A DNA stretch of 64,000 nt, from positions 723-64,722 of the forward strand of contig PBFJ01000009.1 in assembly GCA_002718715.1 (NCBI GenBank). Reading direction: 5' to 3'. Source of the DNA: a bacterium. Its GTDB lineage: Bacteria; Patescibacteriota; Gracilibacteria; UBA1369; GCA-2718715. Shown one piece after another: positions 53,687 through 64,000 of this stretch. Position 1 is the first letter of the stretch, and each line of letters begins with the position of its first letter. The notes under the pieces are model-generated. The model saw only the letters and a program-made list of their open reading frames with translations. It did no database searches and had not been told where the DNA came from. Made by a program: the position numbers and the translations under genes.

Positions 53687-54943
53687 ATGCTTGATATAAA
53701 ATTTATTCGTGAAAACACGGATTTAATAATTAAAAATTGCGAAGATCGTAGAACAAAAGTAGACATTCATGGTTTACTTAAACTAGACGATCAAAGAAAA
53801 ACACATCAACAATTATTAGACTCTAAAAGATCCGAATTAAAATCAAGCTCCAAATCCAAACCAACTCCAGAAAAAATTGCTAAACTTAAACAACTAAGCC
53901 AGTCAATTAAAAAGCTAGAGGAAGAAGAAAGACAAATTCTAGAAAAATTCCACGAAGAACTATCAAAAGTTCCAAACTTAACCCATAAGGATTCTCCGAT
54001 TGGTGAAGAAGCAGACTTTAAGGTTTTACATAAAAACATGGAACCTAAAGAATTCGATTTTACTCCTAAAGACCACTTAGAACTTTTTGAAAACAAAGGT
54101 CTGGTTGACTTTGAAAGAGGTTCAAAAGTAGCAGGTCACAAAACCTACTTTTCAAAAAATCAATTAGTTCATTTAAACAACGCCTTAATCCAATACGGAA
54201 TCTCTATCTTAGAAAAAAATGGGATCACCGATATTTACGAAACTCCAGATTTTGCATATAAATCAATGCTCCAAAACGCAGGATTCAACCCACGTGGAGA
54301 CTCAGATGAAATCTACAACATAGAAGGAGAAGAACTTTCACTTATCGCAACCTCAGAAATCACAATGTTAGGTTACTACTCAAACGAAGTAGTAGATTTA
54401 TCCAAAGGACCAAAAATCTTTGCAGCTATTTCAAAATGCTTCCGTAAAGAAGCTGGATCTTACGGTAGAACTTCTAAAGGTCTTTACAGAGTTCACCAAT
54501 TTTCTAAACTTGAAATCTTTGCAATCTGCAAACCACAAGACTCTGAAAAAGTGCATGAACAAATCAAAAACATTGAACTTGAAATAGTCGATGGTCTTGA
54601 AATCCCTTATCAATTAATTGACATTGCTTCAGCCGATCTTGGTGGGTCAGCATACAGAAAATATGATATTGAAAGCTACATGATCATGAAAGGTGACGAG
54701 CAAAAACAAGGAGACTACGGAGAAATAACTTCAACTTCAAATTGCTTAGATTATCAAGCACGCCGTGCAAACATTAAATATGTAGATGAGAATGGCAAAA
54801 AACAATTCGCACATACCTTAAACGGAACTGCAATTGTTACTTCTAGGCTTCCTATTGCCTTAGCTGAAAACCACCAAGATAAGGATGGAAATATTCATAT
54901 ACCAAAAGCCTTACAACCATTCTTAAACTTCACACAAATCTAA
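53687..54943 (+). CDS. serS: Seryl-tRNA synthetase
   Basis: MLDIKFIREN, an N-terminal coiled coil, and class II motifs (FRKEAGSYGRTSKGLYRVHQFSKLE, GDYGEITSTSNCLDYQARR, TLNGTAIVTSR). Confidence 0.95.
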   Translation: MLDIKFIRENTDLIIKNCEDRRTKVDIHGLLKLDDQRKTHQQLLDSKRSELKSSSKSKPTPEKIAKLKQLSQSIKKLEEEERQILEKFHEELSKVPNLTHKDSPIGEEADFKVLHKNMEPKEFDFTPKDHLELFENKGLVDFERGSKVAGHKTYFSKNQLVHLNNALIQYGISILEKNGITDIYETPDFAYKSMLQNAGFNPRGDSDEIYNIEGEELSLIATSEITMLGYYSNEVVDLSKGPKIFAAISKCFRKEAGSYGRTSKGLYRVHQFSKLEIFAICKPQDSEKVHEQIKNIELEIVDGLEIPYQLIDIASADLGGSAYRKYDIESYMIMKGDEQKQGDYGEITSTSNCLDYQARRANIKYVDENGKKQFAHTLNGTAIVTSRLPIALAENHQDKDGNIHIPKALQPFLNFTQI

Positions 54944-54947
54944 AAAA

Positions 54948-54975
54948 AGCCCTCATACAAAGAGGGCTTTCTTAT
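54948..54975. terminator. Bidirectional intrinsic terminator between serS and the convergent lipoprotein gene
   Basis: The hairpin agccctc-N7-gagggct is flanked by A7 upstream and a T-rich tract downstream. Confidence 0.7.
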
Positions 54976-54983
54976 TAAAAAAA

Positions 54984-56186
54984 CTATTGATTAAAACCAA
55001 TCACAAAAGGTCTATTAGATTGATAATTAGGCAACTTAATCTCTTGCCCATTAGCACCAATAACATTTAAATAACCAGGAAGTATAGCACATGAATTCTC
55101 AGCTAATTCATTCAAATTATTTACAGTCACAAACTCACTTAAAAATCTTTCTGCTTGAAAGTCCAATCCACCAATAAATCCAAAAGAAAAAGAATAATCA
55201 GTTTGAACTGGCGAACTAAACTCAAGTTGCCCATTTACATATCCAGCAATAGCAGATACTGACACAATATTAAATGCACAATATTTACTTGTACTACCAA
55301 ATTGTCCATTATTAATAATTAAAGAAGAACTTTCCAAAGCTCTAAATTCATCTAAAGTTTCATCAAACTGGAATAAATTAGCAAAAAGATTAAAATCAAT
55401 ATCAGTATATAAAATAATACTATAAATTAACCTATCTACATCTACAGTTCTAAGATCAGGTAGAAAAATTTCATATATTGAAAATTTAGGTTCAAATGGT
55501 TCATATATAAAATGATTTGAAGTCCCATCAATAGCTAAATTTAAATCTAAAGGTCCTAAAATTTTTATTGAATTAGGTAAATCAACATGATCAACTATTC
55601 CATTTTCATCTGTATCAAGGTAAATCGCATCGTGTAAATGTCTACCTTTAAGATAAATAGATACTCTATCCCCATCACCTACAAAAGAAGAACCCCTAAA
55701 TTCAAGTTCATATTTAAAACCAACGGATTGCTCAAATCTTCTTTTAAAATCACTAAAGTTTAACTCAAATTTTTGATCACAATCTGCACTTACAAACAAA
55801 TTCATAACATGAGTAAATTCATTTTTAAAATAAAAATACCTAGCATTCGACAATCTCTCAAATGAAAGTGAAAAATCAGAACAAACCTCAGGTGTTACAT
55901 AAATATCAGATTCAACTTCAATAGTTCCAAAATCAACTCCTGCATAATCAGAGTCCAAAACCATAGAGTCAACAATCAGACCAAAATCAAGATTCACCTC
56001 TTGATCAACTACAAATTCATCATCGGAATTTAAAATTAAGGAATCTGAAATTTCATTCCCCATATCCTGGGCCATAATAACAACAGTATTATCAGAATTC
56101 AAAGACTTAGAATCATCACAAGCTCCAAATAAAAATGGTAATGATAAAGAAGATACCATTAAGCTTCTTTTAATTTTTTTAAACAT
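54984..56186 (-). CDS. Hypothetical acidic secreted/lipoprotein (400 aa)
   Basis: Signal peptide with a lipobox-like LPFLFGAC. The mature part is D/E/N/S-rich and beta-rich. I recognise no family. Confidence 0.5.
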   Translation of the reverse strand: MFKKIKRSLMVSSLSLPFLFGACDDSKSLNSDNTVVIMAQDMGNEISDSLILNSDDEFVVDQEVNLDFGLIVDSMVLDSDYAGVDFGTIEVESDIYVTPEVCSDFSLSFERLSNARYFYFKNEFTHVMNLFVSADCDQKFELNFSDFKRRFEQSVGFKYELEFRGSSFVGDGDRVSIYLKGRHLHDAIYLDTDENGIVDHVDLPNSIKILGPLDLNLAIDGTSNHFIYEPFEPKFSIYEIFLPDLRTVDVDRLIYSIILYTDIDFNLFANLFQFDETLDEFRALESSSLIINNGQFGSTSKYCAFNIVSVSAIAGYVNGQLEFSSPVQTDYSFSFGFIGGLDFQAERFLSEFVTVNNLNELAENSCAILPGYLNVIGANGQEIKLPNYQSNRPFVIGFNQ

Positions 56187-56244
56187 AATATTAAGTTATC
56201 TTACAAAGATACTTAACATTTTTACAAATTCTGTCAATATAACT

Positions 56245-56478
56245 TCACAAATTTATAATCTTAGACCGAATATAAGTAGCAACTTTATTTATATCATATA
56301 CTTCAATTCTAGAATCATTAACTGAAGCAATTCTCTTATAAGTACTATGAACAATATTTCCCCAAATAAAACATCCAGAGGAATCTTCAAGTAAAAAAGG
56401 ACAGTCATAAAAAGAAGACATATTTATCAGAAAATCTTTTTCCTTCTTCTTTAAAAAAATTTCAACACCTTCCTTCAT
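56245..56478 (-). CDS. Hypothetical small protein (77 aa)
   Basis: ORF only. It is co-oriented with the lipoprotein gene and ends in TGA. Confidence 0.3.
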   Translation of the reverse strand: MKEGVEIFLKKKEKDFLINMSSFYDCPFLLEDSSGCFIWGNIVHSTYKRIASVNDSRIEVYDINKVATYIRSKIINL

Positions 56479-56531
56479 ATAATAAAATTAAATCTATTAA
56501 AATTATAGCAAAAATGAATCAGAAAAAAAGA

Positions 56532-56559
56532 TTGACTTTTTGTCTATATCAACTAAAAT
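56532..56559 (+). promoter_or_regulatory. Candidate promoter of rpoBC (TTGACT-N16-TAAAAT)
   Basis: TTGACT at 56532-56537 and TAAAAT at 56554-56559, about 90 nt upstream of the rpoB ATG. Confidence 0.4.
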
Positions 56560-56645
56560 AGTCTTGCTAAAATTACCAACAAACGAGTCTTAGTTGAGAA
56601 TAGACGTTGCAGGTTTTAGGTTAATAAAAACAATAACCCTTAACC

Positions 56646-59600
56646 ATGAGCGCGACTTCGCCAAAAAAATCGAAGCAAATACTCGACGAATCAATCTTTT
56701 GTCCATCCAAAGATGGTCTAGGGCAAAGACGGTTTTTTACCGAAAATGATTTAGACAGTCATCCGCTTCCAAATCTGATTGAAAATCAAATTCAATCTTT
56801 TGAGTGGTTCATTTCAGAAGGTCTTAAAGAACTTCTAGATGAAATCAACCCAATTAGTGATTTTTCAGGGAAAAAACTGGAAATTCAATTCACTTCTCAT
56901 GAAATGGGAGAACCAAAATACGACCCAAAAACATGTAGAAGAAAAAATTTAACATATGAAGCACCACTTAAAGTGCACGTACAGTTAATTAATAAAGAAA
57001 CAGGTGAAATCAAAGAACAAGATGTTTTCTTAGGTTCAATACCTTTAATGACAGATAAAGCTACTTTTATCGTTAACGGTATCGAAAGAGTTGTTGTAAC
57101 TCAAATCGTAAGATCACCAGGGGTATTCTTTTCTCAAACCATGAATTCTCCATACTATGGAGCTAAAATCATCCCAAAAAGAGGTGCATGGCTTGAAATC
57201 GAAACTGACAAAAAAGGTATCCTGAATGTAAAAATAGATAGAAAAAGAAAAATTCCAGTAACATCTTTATTAAGAGTTATGGGATGGGAAACCGATGAAG
57301 ATATTATGAAAACTTTTGCAGGTGAAATTGCAGATGATAAAGTAAACTTCATTTTAAACACATTAGAAAAAGATCCTGCTAAAACAGTAGACCAAGCTTA
57401 CCAGCTTATTTACAAAAGAATTAGACCAGGAGATTTAGCAACTGTTGAAAATGCTAAAACAGCTATCCAAGAAATGTTTTTTGATTCTAAAAAATACGAT
57501 ATGGGTAATGTTGCTAGATATAAAATAAATAACAAATTTGGAATTGATGTTGAAAACATCAAAGCTAACCATACTTTTCAAAAATCTGATTTAGAACTTA
57601 TTATCAAAGAAATTTTTGAATTAAATTATGAAAATTCAGAACCAGATGATATTGATGATCTTTCAAACAGAAGAATCAGAGCCGTTGGAGAACAAGTAAT
57701 TAATAAATTCAGAGTTGGTTTACTTAGAACTGAAAGAATTGCAAAAGACAGAATGACAGTAATGGATGCAGAGACTGTTACCCCAACTCAACTTGTAAAC
57801 TCAAGACCAATTACTGCTGCTTTAAGAGAATTTTTTGCAAGTTCACAACTTTCACAGTTCATGGACCAAACTAATCCTCTTTCTGAGCTTGCTCATAAAA
57901 GAAGAATTTCAGCAATGGGTCCAGGTGGTTTAACCAGAGAAAGAGCCTCATTTGATGTTCGGGATGTGCATGCAACTCACTACGGAAGAATTTGCCCAAT
58001 TACTACTCCAGAAGGACCAAATATTGGTCTAGTAGTACAACTTGCAACTCATGCAAAAATCGATGAATATGGATTTTTAAATTCTCCTTATCAAGTTGTT
58101 AAACAAACTGTGAACAATAAAAAAGAAGATCTAATAGGAAGAACTACTTCTATAGATATTCTTGATGATAAAGGTAAAGTTGTAGCTAAAAAAGGTAAGA
58201 TAATTGACACGAAAATAGCAAGCAAAATAACTAAATTGAAAGCAAAAGAAATTACAGTTAAAGCTTACGTTACTGAAGAAATAGAAAGAATCTCAGCTGA
58301 TAGAGATAAAAAAGTTGTAATTGCACAAGCTGGAATTCAAACTAATACACTAGGAGAATTTGAATTCAAAAATGTTCCAGCTAGAAAGCATGGAGAACCA
58401 GTAATGGCACATATTAGAGATGTTACCCACATTGATATTGCTCCAAAACAAATTATTTCTGTATCAACAAGTTTGATTCCATTTGTAGAGCATAACGATT
58501 CAACTCGTGCATCTATGGGTTCAAACATGCTGCGGCAAGCAGTACCTCTTGTTACACCTCAAAGACCAGTAGTTGGTACTGGTATGGAAGGTGTAGCTGG
58601 TAGAAATTCTTCTCACGTTTTATTAGCTGAACAAGATGGACAAGTTTCATTTGTTGACGCTTCTAAAATTGAAGTGATTTATAAAAACGGTAAAAAAATC
58701 ACTTATGAACTTCAAAACTTTGGAAGATCAAATGAAGGTACTTGCTTACACCAAAGACCAAAAGTTAAATCAGGACAAAAAATCACTAAAGGTGATATCT
58801 TAGCAGATGGATCATCGATCGATGAAGGAGATTTAGCTTTAGGTGCTAACTTAGTTACAGCTTATATCCCATGGGAAGGTTATAACTTTGAGGATGCGGT
58901 AGTTATTTCAGATAGACTTGTTAAAGACGGTGTATTTGATTCAATCCACATCGAAAATTACTCAATTGATATTAGAGATACAAAATTAGGACCTGAATTA
59001 GTTACAAAGGACATCCCTAATGTAGGTGAAACTAAATTAAAAGACTTAGATGAAAATGGTATTATCAGATTAGGGGCTTCTGTTAAAGAAGGGGCTATCT
59101 TAGTTGGTAAAATTACTCCAAAAGGAGAAACCGAACTAACTGCTGAAGAAAGACTTCTAAGAGCAATTTTTGGAGATAAAGCTCGAGATGTAAAAGACAC
59201 ATCACTTAAAATGCCAGGAGGATCATATGGTAAAGTTGTAGATATTCAAATCTTTGATAGAAAAGAAGGTGATGAGCTTCCAACGGGAGTATTAAGACAA
59301 ATTCAAGTATCTATTGCGCAAACAAGAAAAATCCAAATTGGTGATAAAGTTGCTGGACGACATGGTAACAAAGGGGTAATTTCACTTATTGTTCCTCAAG
59401 AGGATATGCCTTACCTACCAGACGGAACTCCTGTAGATATTTGTCTTAACCCACTTGGTGTAGTATCTCGTATGAACATCGGACAAATTTTAGAAACTCA
59501 TATTGGATTTGCAGCTCATAAACTTGGTATTCATGTAGCAACTCCTGCCCTTAATGGAATTGAATACTCTAAAATTCAAGAATTATACAAAAAAGCTGGA

Positions 59601-60224
59601 ATGGACAATGATGGAAAAGTACAACTTTTTGATGGTAAAACTGGTGAAGCCTACCAACACAGAACAACAGTTGGTATTTCATACATCTTAAAACTTTACC
59701 ACTTAGTAGAAGATAAGATCCATGCTAGATCAATCGGACCATACTCTCTAGTTACTCAACAGCCACTTGGAGGTAAAGCTCAACATGGTGGACAAAGGTT
59801 TGGGGAAATGGAAGTTTGGGCTCTTGAAGCATACGGAGCAGCTCACACTCTACAAGAAATGATTACAATCAAATCAGATGATATCTACGGAAGATCTAAA
59901 GCATATGAAGCGATTATTAAAGATGAAAGAATTAAAAGACCAAGAACTCCAGAATCTTTCAATGTATTATTAAAAGAACTTCAAGGTCTAGGACTTAATG
60001 TAGAATTAATCAATGATTCATTAGCGGTAGATGAAAGCGCTGAAGATTTCTATACAGAAACTGATGAAGATATATCAAGCGATGTAGCTAAAGAAATCGA
60101 ATCTGAAACACACGAAACACAAGAAGAACTTCAAATTGATGGACAAGTAGAACAGGATTTAGAAAGTCAATTAGCTGAAGAAATTCAAAATCAACTTACT
60201 GATCTAGACGATCAACTAAACTAA
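56646..60224 (+). CDS. rpoB: DNA-directed RNA polymerase subunit beta
   Basis: Unmistakable RpoB blocks: FMDQTNPLSELAHKRRISAMGPGGL, RDVHATHYGRICPITTPEGPNIGLV, GRHGNKGVIS, NPLGVVSRMNIGQ and GGQRFGEMEVWALEAYGAAHTLQE. Confidence 0.98.
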   Translation: MSATSPKKSKQILDESIFCPSKDGLGQRRFFTENDLDSHPLPNLIENQIQSFEWFISEGLKELLDEINPISDFSGKKLEIQFTSHEMGEPKYDPKTCRRKNLTYEAPLKVHVQLINKETGEIKEQDVFLGSIPLMTDKATFIVNGIERVVVTQIVRSPGVFFSQTMNSPYYGAKIIPKRGAWLEIETDKKGILNVKIDRKRKIPVTSLLRVMGWETDEDIMKTFAGEIADDKVNFILNTLEKDPAKTVDQAYQLIYKRIRPGDLATVENAKTAIQEMFFDSKKYDMGNVARYKINNKFGIDVENIKANHTFQKSDLELIIKEIFELNYENSEPDDIDDLSNRRIRAVGEQVINKFRVGLLRTERIAKDRMTVMDAETVTPTQLVNSRPITAALREFFASSQLSQFMDQTNPLSELAHKRRISAMGPGGLTRERASFDVRDVHATHYGRICPITTPEGPNIGLVVQLATHAKIDEYGFLNSPYQVVKQTVNNKKEDLIGRTTSIDILDDKGKVVAKKGKIIDTKIASKITKLKAKEITVKAYVTEEIERISADRDKKVVIAQAGIQTNTLGEFEFKNVPARKHGEPVMAHIRDVTHIDIAPKQIISVSTSLIPFVEHNDSTRASMGSNMLRQAVPLVTPQRPVVGTGMEGVAGRNSSHVLLAEQDGQVSFVDASKIEVIYKNGKKITYELQNFGRSNEGTCLHQRPKVKSGQKITKGDILADGSSIDEGDLALGANLVTAYIPWEGYNFEDAVVISDRLVKDGVFDSIHIENYSIDIRDTKLGPELVTKDIPNVGETKLKDLDENGIIRLGASVKEGAILVGKITPKGETELTAEERLLRAIFGDKARDVKDTSLKMPGGSYGKVVDIQIFDRKEGDELPTGVLRQIQVSIAQTRKIQIGDKVAGRHGNKGVISLIVPQEDMPYLPDGTPVDICLNPLGVVSRMNIGQILETHIGFAAHKLGIHVATPALNGIEYSKIQELYKKAGMDNDGKVQLFDGKTGEAYQHRTTVGISYILKLYHLVEDKIHARSIGPYSLVTQQPLGGKAQHGGQRFGEMEVWALEAYGAAHTLQEMITIKSDDIYGRSKAYEAIIKDERIKRPRTPESFNVLLKELQGLGLNVELINDSLAVDESAEDFYTETDEDISSDVAKEIESETHETQEELQIDGQVEQDLESQLAEEIQNQLTDLDDQLN

Positions 60225-60244
60225 AAATTAAAAATTTATTTATA

Positions 60245-63200
60245 TGGTTAATAAAATTGAACACTTAAACGATTTTGACGCAATTTCTCTTGCTGTGGCT
60301 TCACCTGAACAAATTCTATCATGGTCACACGGAGAAATTCGTAAACCGGAAACAATCAACTATAGAACACAAAAACCTGAAAGAGACGGTTTGTTCTGTG
60401 AAAAGATTTTTGGTCCAACCAAAAATTATGAATGTTACTGTGGAAAATACAAAAGAATCAGATACAAAGGTGTAATCTGTGAAAAATGTGGTGTAGAAGT
60501 TACAAAATCAAGCGTTAGACGTGAAAGAATGGGACACATTAAATTAGCGGTTCCTGTAACTCACATTTGGTTTTTAAGATCAACTCCATCAAGAATTGGA
60601 TTGATTTTAAATCAACCAGTAAAACAAATAGAGCAAGTAGTATACTTTGCATCATACTTGGTTACTCAAGTTAATATAGAAAATATTGATGAAGCTTTAA
60701 AAACTTTAGAGCAAGAACACAAAGCTCTTAAAGAAAAAATCCAAAGTGATTATCAAAAAGAACTACAAAGCTTAGTAGAAGCTAAAGGTTCAAAGCAAGA
60801 TGAATTAAGAATTGAATCAGAACTTGCTATGAAACTTGAAAATCTAGAAAAACAAACTTCTCAAACTAAAAACAATCTTCAAAACTTAGAAAAAGGAATC
60901 ATCCTTTCAGAGTTAGAATACAGAGAAATGTCTCTACAATTTGGACACTTATTTAAAGCCCAAACTGGTGCAGAAGCAATTAATGATTATATTGCTAGCT
61001 TAGACTTTGATGAAGAAATTAAATTAATTCATTCGCAATTAGAAACAGCGACTGCTATAAAAGAAACTAAACTTCTAAAAAGATTAAAACTTTTTGAAAG
61101 TCTGAAAAAATCAGGAATTCAAGCTGAATGGATGGTTTTAAAAATCTTACCAGTTATCCCACCAGATTTAAGACCAATGGTACAACTTGACGGTGGAAGG
61201 TTTGCAGCTTCAGATCTTAATGATTTATATAGAAGAGTTATCAATAGAAATAATCGTCTTAAAAAACTTCTTTCAATTGGTGCTCCAGAAGTAATATGCA
61301 GAAATGAAAAAAGAATGCTTCAAGAAGCAGTAGATACATTAATTAATATATCTGCAAGACAATCTAGAAGTTCATACTCTGCAAACAACAAAAGAAAATT
61401 AAAATCTCTATCAGATTTCCTTAAAGGTAAACAAGGACGTTTCCGTCAAAACCTTTTAGGTAAACGTGTAGACTACTCTGGACGTTCTGTAATTGTTGGG
61501 GGGCCTACTCTTAAATTAAATGAATGTGGTTTACCTAAGAAAATGGCGTTAACTTTATTTAAACCATTTGTACTTGGTAAATTAATTAGAGATGGATACG
61601 CTCACAACATCAAATCAGCAGAAAAATTAATTCAAGCTGGAAATAAAGAGGTTTGGGATATCCTAGATCACGTAACACAAGGTAAATTTGTATTACTTAA
61701 TCGTGCTCCAACCCTTCATAGACTTGGTATTCAAGCCTTCCAGCCTAAATTAATTGAAGGTAACGCAATTAGAATTCATCCATTAGTTTGTGCAGCCTTT
61801 AATGCCGATTTCGATGGGGATCAAATGGCAGTTCACTTACCACTAAGTGTACCTGCTCAAAAAGAAGCTGCGGAATTAATCCAATCTTCTAGAAACCTTC
61901 TAAAACCATCAAGTGGTGCTCCTATTATTTCTCCATCTCAAGATATTATTCTAGGATGTTACTTCTTAACTAAAGTAACTACTGGAAAAGCTGGACAAGG
62001 AATGTTATTTGGTGACGTTAACGAAGTATTAGCAGCAGTTGAACTAGGAAAATTAGATATTCAATCCCCTATTAAAATTAATTACATGGGAGAGTTAAGA
62101 GAATCTACAGCTGGTAAAATTATTTTTAATGAAAGCATTCCAGAAGGTTTAAGATATATCGATACTGTAATGTCATCAAAAAACTTAGAAAAACTAATTG
62201 CAGACTGTTTTGAAAAATTCGGAATCGAACAAACTGCTGAATTAGCAGATACTTTAAAAGAAATTGGGTACAAATATGTATCTAAATCAGGTCTTTCAAT
62301 TGCAGCTTCAGATCTTCAAATTCCAGATGCTAAAAACAAACAACTTGAAGACGCTACCCAAGAAGTAAAACAAGTTTATAAATATTATCAAAAAGGTCTA
62401 ATTACAGATGAAGAAAGATATCACCAAACCTGTGAAATTTGGTCTCAATGTAAAAGCCAAATTACAGAAATGTTAATTAAACAATACGATGATGAAAACC
62501 ATATTCACTATATGGTGGAATCAGGAGCCAGAGGTAAATGGGGTAACGTTACTCAGCTAGCTGGGATGAAAGGACTTGTAATTAATCCATCTGGTAAAAC
62601 AATTGAACTTCCAATTAAATCAAACCTTAAAGAAGGGTTTACAATTCTAGAATACTTTATTGCTACACATGGTGGACGTAAAGGTAAATCAGATACAGCC
62701 CTTAAAACTGCTGAAGCGGGTCACTTAACAAGAAGACTTGTAGATGCTACACAAGATTTGATTGTAAATATGAACGACTGTGGAACAGAAAAATTCCATA
62801 TTATTAGATACTCAGAAACTGAAAAAATTGGTATGAAATTACCAATCAGAATCTTTGGTAGAGTTGCTGCTCAAAATATAGTTGATCAAAATGGTGAAAT
62901 AATTGTTGCTAAAGACGAAATCATCACAACTAAAAAAGCAAATCTAATCAACGAACTTAAAATTGAAGAAATTCCAGTAAGATCCCCATTAACATGTGAA
63001 TCTGTAGGTGGAGTTTGTCAAAAATGTTATGGATATGATCTTGGTGACAACCAACTAGTTAAAATTGGTGCAGCTGCAGGTATTATTGCAGCACAATCAA
63101 TTGGTGAACCAGCAACACAGCTTACAATGCGTACATTCCACATGGGTGGTGTAGCCGGTGAATCAGATATGACGCAAGGTCTAACTAGAATTGAAGAAAT

Positions 63201-64000
63201 ATTTGAAGCCAGAAATCCAAAGTCACCTGCAATTTTATCAGGAATTGACGGTGAAGTTGAAATTACTTCGGAAGATCAATCTACAAAAATTATTGTTACT
63301 TCAAACGGTCCAGTAGAATCAGTATACGACCTTCCGGAAAACTTCTTACCTGAAGTTAAAGCTGGAGATAAAGTTAAAAACAAACAAATTCTAGCAAAAA
63401 CAACTTCAACAGGAAGAGTTGTAAGAAGTGAAGACGAAGGTGAAGTAACATATGCAGACAACTACGTTATAAAAGTTCAAACTTTTGATAGCGTTGAAAA
63501 AACTTACTTAGTTTCCAAAGGTAAAACGGTTTACGTTAAAAACGGAGAATCAGTTACTAAAGGACAGGTTCTAACATCTGGATCTTCAAACCTTAAAGAA
63601 CTTAGAAATCTATCAGGAACTTATACAACTCTAAAATATATTATTGAAGAAATTCAAAAAATATATTCCTCACAGGGTCAATCTATAAATGATAAACATG
63701 TAGAAATTGTTGCAAGACAAATGTTATCTAAAGTAAGAATCACCGATCCAGGAGAATCTAAATTAGTAACTGGTCAAATCATGGATAGAATCCTGGTAGA
63801 AAATATGAAAAAACAACTTAAAGCTGAAGGCAAAAAACCAATAATGTTCGAAAAATTATTACTTGGACTTACTAAAACTGCACTTCATACAAGTTCATGG
63901 CTATCTGCAGCGTCATTCCAAGAAACAATTAAGATTCTTGTGGAAGCTGCTACAACTAAACAAGTAGACCACCTTAAAGGTCTTAAAGAGAATGTAATCA
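60245..64000 (+). CDS. rpoC: DNA-directed RNA polymerase subunit beta' (partial; the C-terminus is beyond the window end)
   Basis: My translation from ATG 60245 is MVNKIEHLNDFDAISLAVASPEQILSWSHGEIRKPETINYRTQKPERDGLFCEKIFGPTKNYECYCGKYKRIRYKGVICEKCGVEV (zinc finger). Later come NADFDGDQMAVH and, at the window end, GLKENVI. The frame is open for 1252 codons to position 64000. Confidence 0.97.

Noticed and set aside
375-63461. About 30 short ORFs of 60-128 aa in the track lie inside or antisense to strong genes. Examples are 375-593, 2808-2990, 3476-3841, 3553-3747, 4296-4583, 6910-7122, 11310-11519, 13412-13615, 13942-14190, 15928-16182, 17339-17542, 17714-17926, 18206-18397, 23117-23479, 26113-26499, 31814-32056, 32773-33042, 32965-33189, 38914-39114, 41685-42005, 44230-44442, 46962-47177, 49105-49305, 51922-52113, 53142-53417, 53806-54096, 54431-54613, 57155-57361, 58337-58528, 58958-59200, 60275-60475, 62082-62273 and 63276-63461.
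   Set aside because: Each is fully embedded in, or in a shadow frame of, a gene with unambiguous conserved motifs. Their translations are low-complexity S/F/L/K-rich strings typical of off-frame reading of AT-rich coding DNA.
1-64000. Possible alternative genetic code (UGA recoded to Gly or Trp, as in some small-genome AT-rich lineages)
   Set aside because: Long conserved genes (rpoB, rpoC, dnaK, ftsK, the aaRS genes) translate without any in-frame TGA under the standard code. TGA also sits at sensible protein ends for the RNHCP gene (2424), the LCP gene (31511-31513), the PHP gene (49152) and the 77-aa ORF (56245). TAA and TAG dominate simply because the genome is AT-rich.
1-64000. CRISPR arrays, rRNA genes, tmRNA/RNase P RNA/SRP RNA, IS elements, integrases, reverse transcriptases
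   Set aside because: I saw no regularly spaced direct repeats. No intergenic region is both long enough and GC-rich or structured enough for these RNAs. No ORF has transposase, integrase or RT motifs. The only RNA gene I can support is tRNA-Glu.

Overview
This is a visibly AT-rich, very gene-dense bacterial chromosomal window with about 60 protein genes and one tRNA. I found no rRNA, CRISPR array, transposase or integrase. The standard code 11 fits: rpoB, rpoC, dnaK, ftsK and the four aaRS genes are uninterrupted, and TGA acts as a stop in at least four genes.

The housekeeping backbone, in order:
- ftsH (partial), tilS, ftsK
- metG, gltX
- pta-ackA-AMP phosphorylase
- rpmH-rnpA-yidC-jag (rpmH is missing from the supplied ORF track)
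- tRNA-Glu, xth
- comEC plus a UvrD-type helicase-nuclease
- LCP-dac-mraY
- rsmH-ftsL-like-fbp-ECF sigma
- tsaC, gap
- hrcA-grpE-CIRCE-dnaK
- serS, rpoB-rpoC (partial)

Several features together suggest an uncultivated small-genome bacterium of CPR/Patescibacteria type. This is inference only, not a database result. The features are compact genes, many translationally coupled overlaps, a shortened HrcA, a minimal ComEC, an archaeal-type AMP phosphorylase, TrmB-like regulators, an SLH-anchored wall enzyme and many orphan secreted proteins.

The most unusual items:
1. A tandem array of six secreted proteins sits directly behind ftsK. All six end in the same pilin-like two-helix membrane module. 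Two copies share a nearly identical 312-nt 3' cassette fused to different Cys-rich ectodomains.
2. A roughly 1 kb insertion lies downstream of dnaK. It is bracketed by a direct duplication of the last 22 dnaK codons plus the dnaK terminator, and the second copy differs mostly at synonymous sites.
3. An accessory block at 44-50 kb combines an M14/AstE-like hydrolase, a GNAT and an S66 MccF/LdcA-like peptidase. These sit next to two Nudix hydrolases, a MazG-like enzyme and a PHP phosphoesterase.
4. The pta-ackA-AMP phosphorylase genes form an overlapping operon behind a TrmB-type regulator.
5. An unannotated 42-codon, highly basic ORF has its own terminator.
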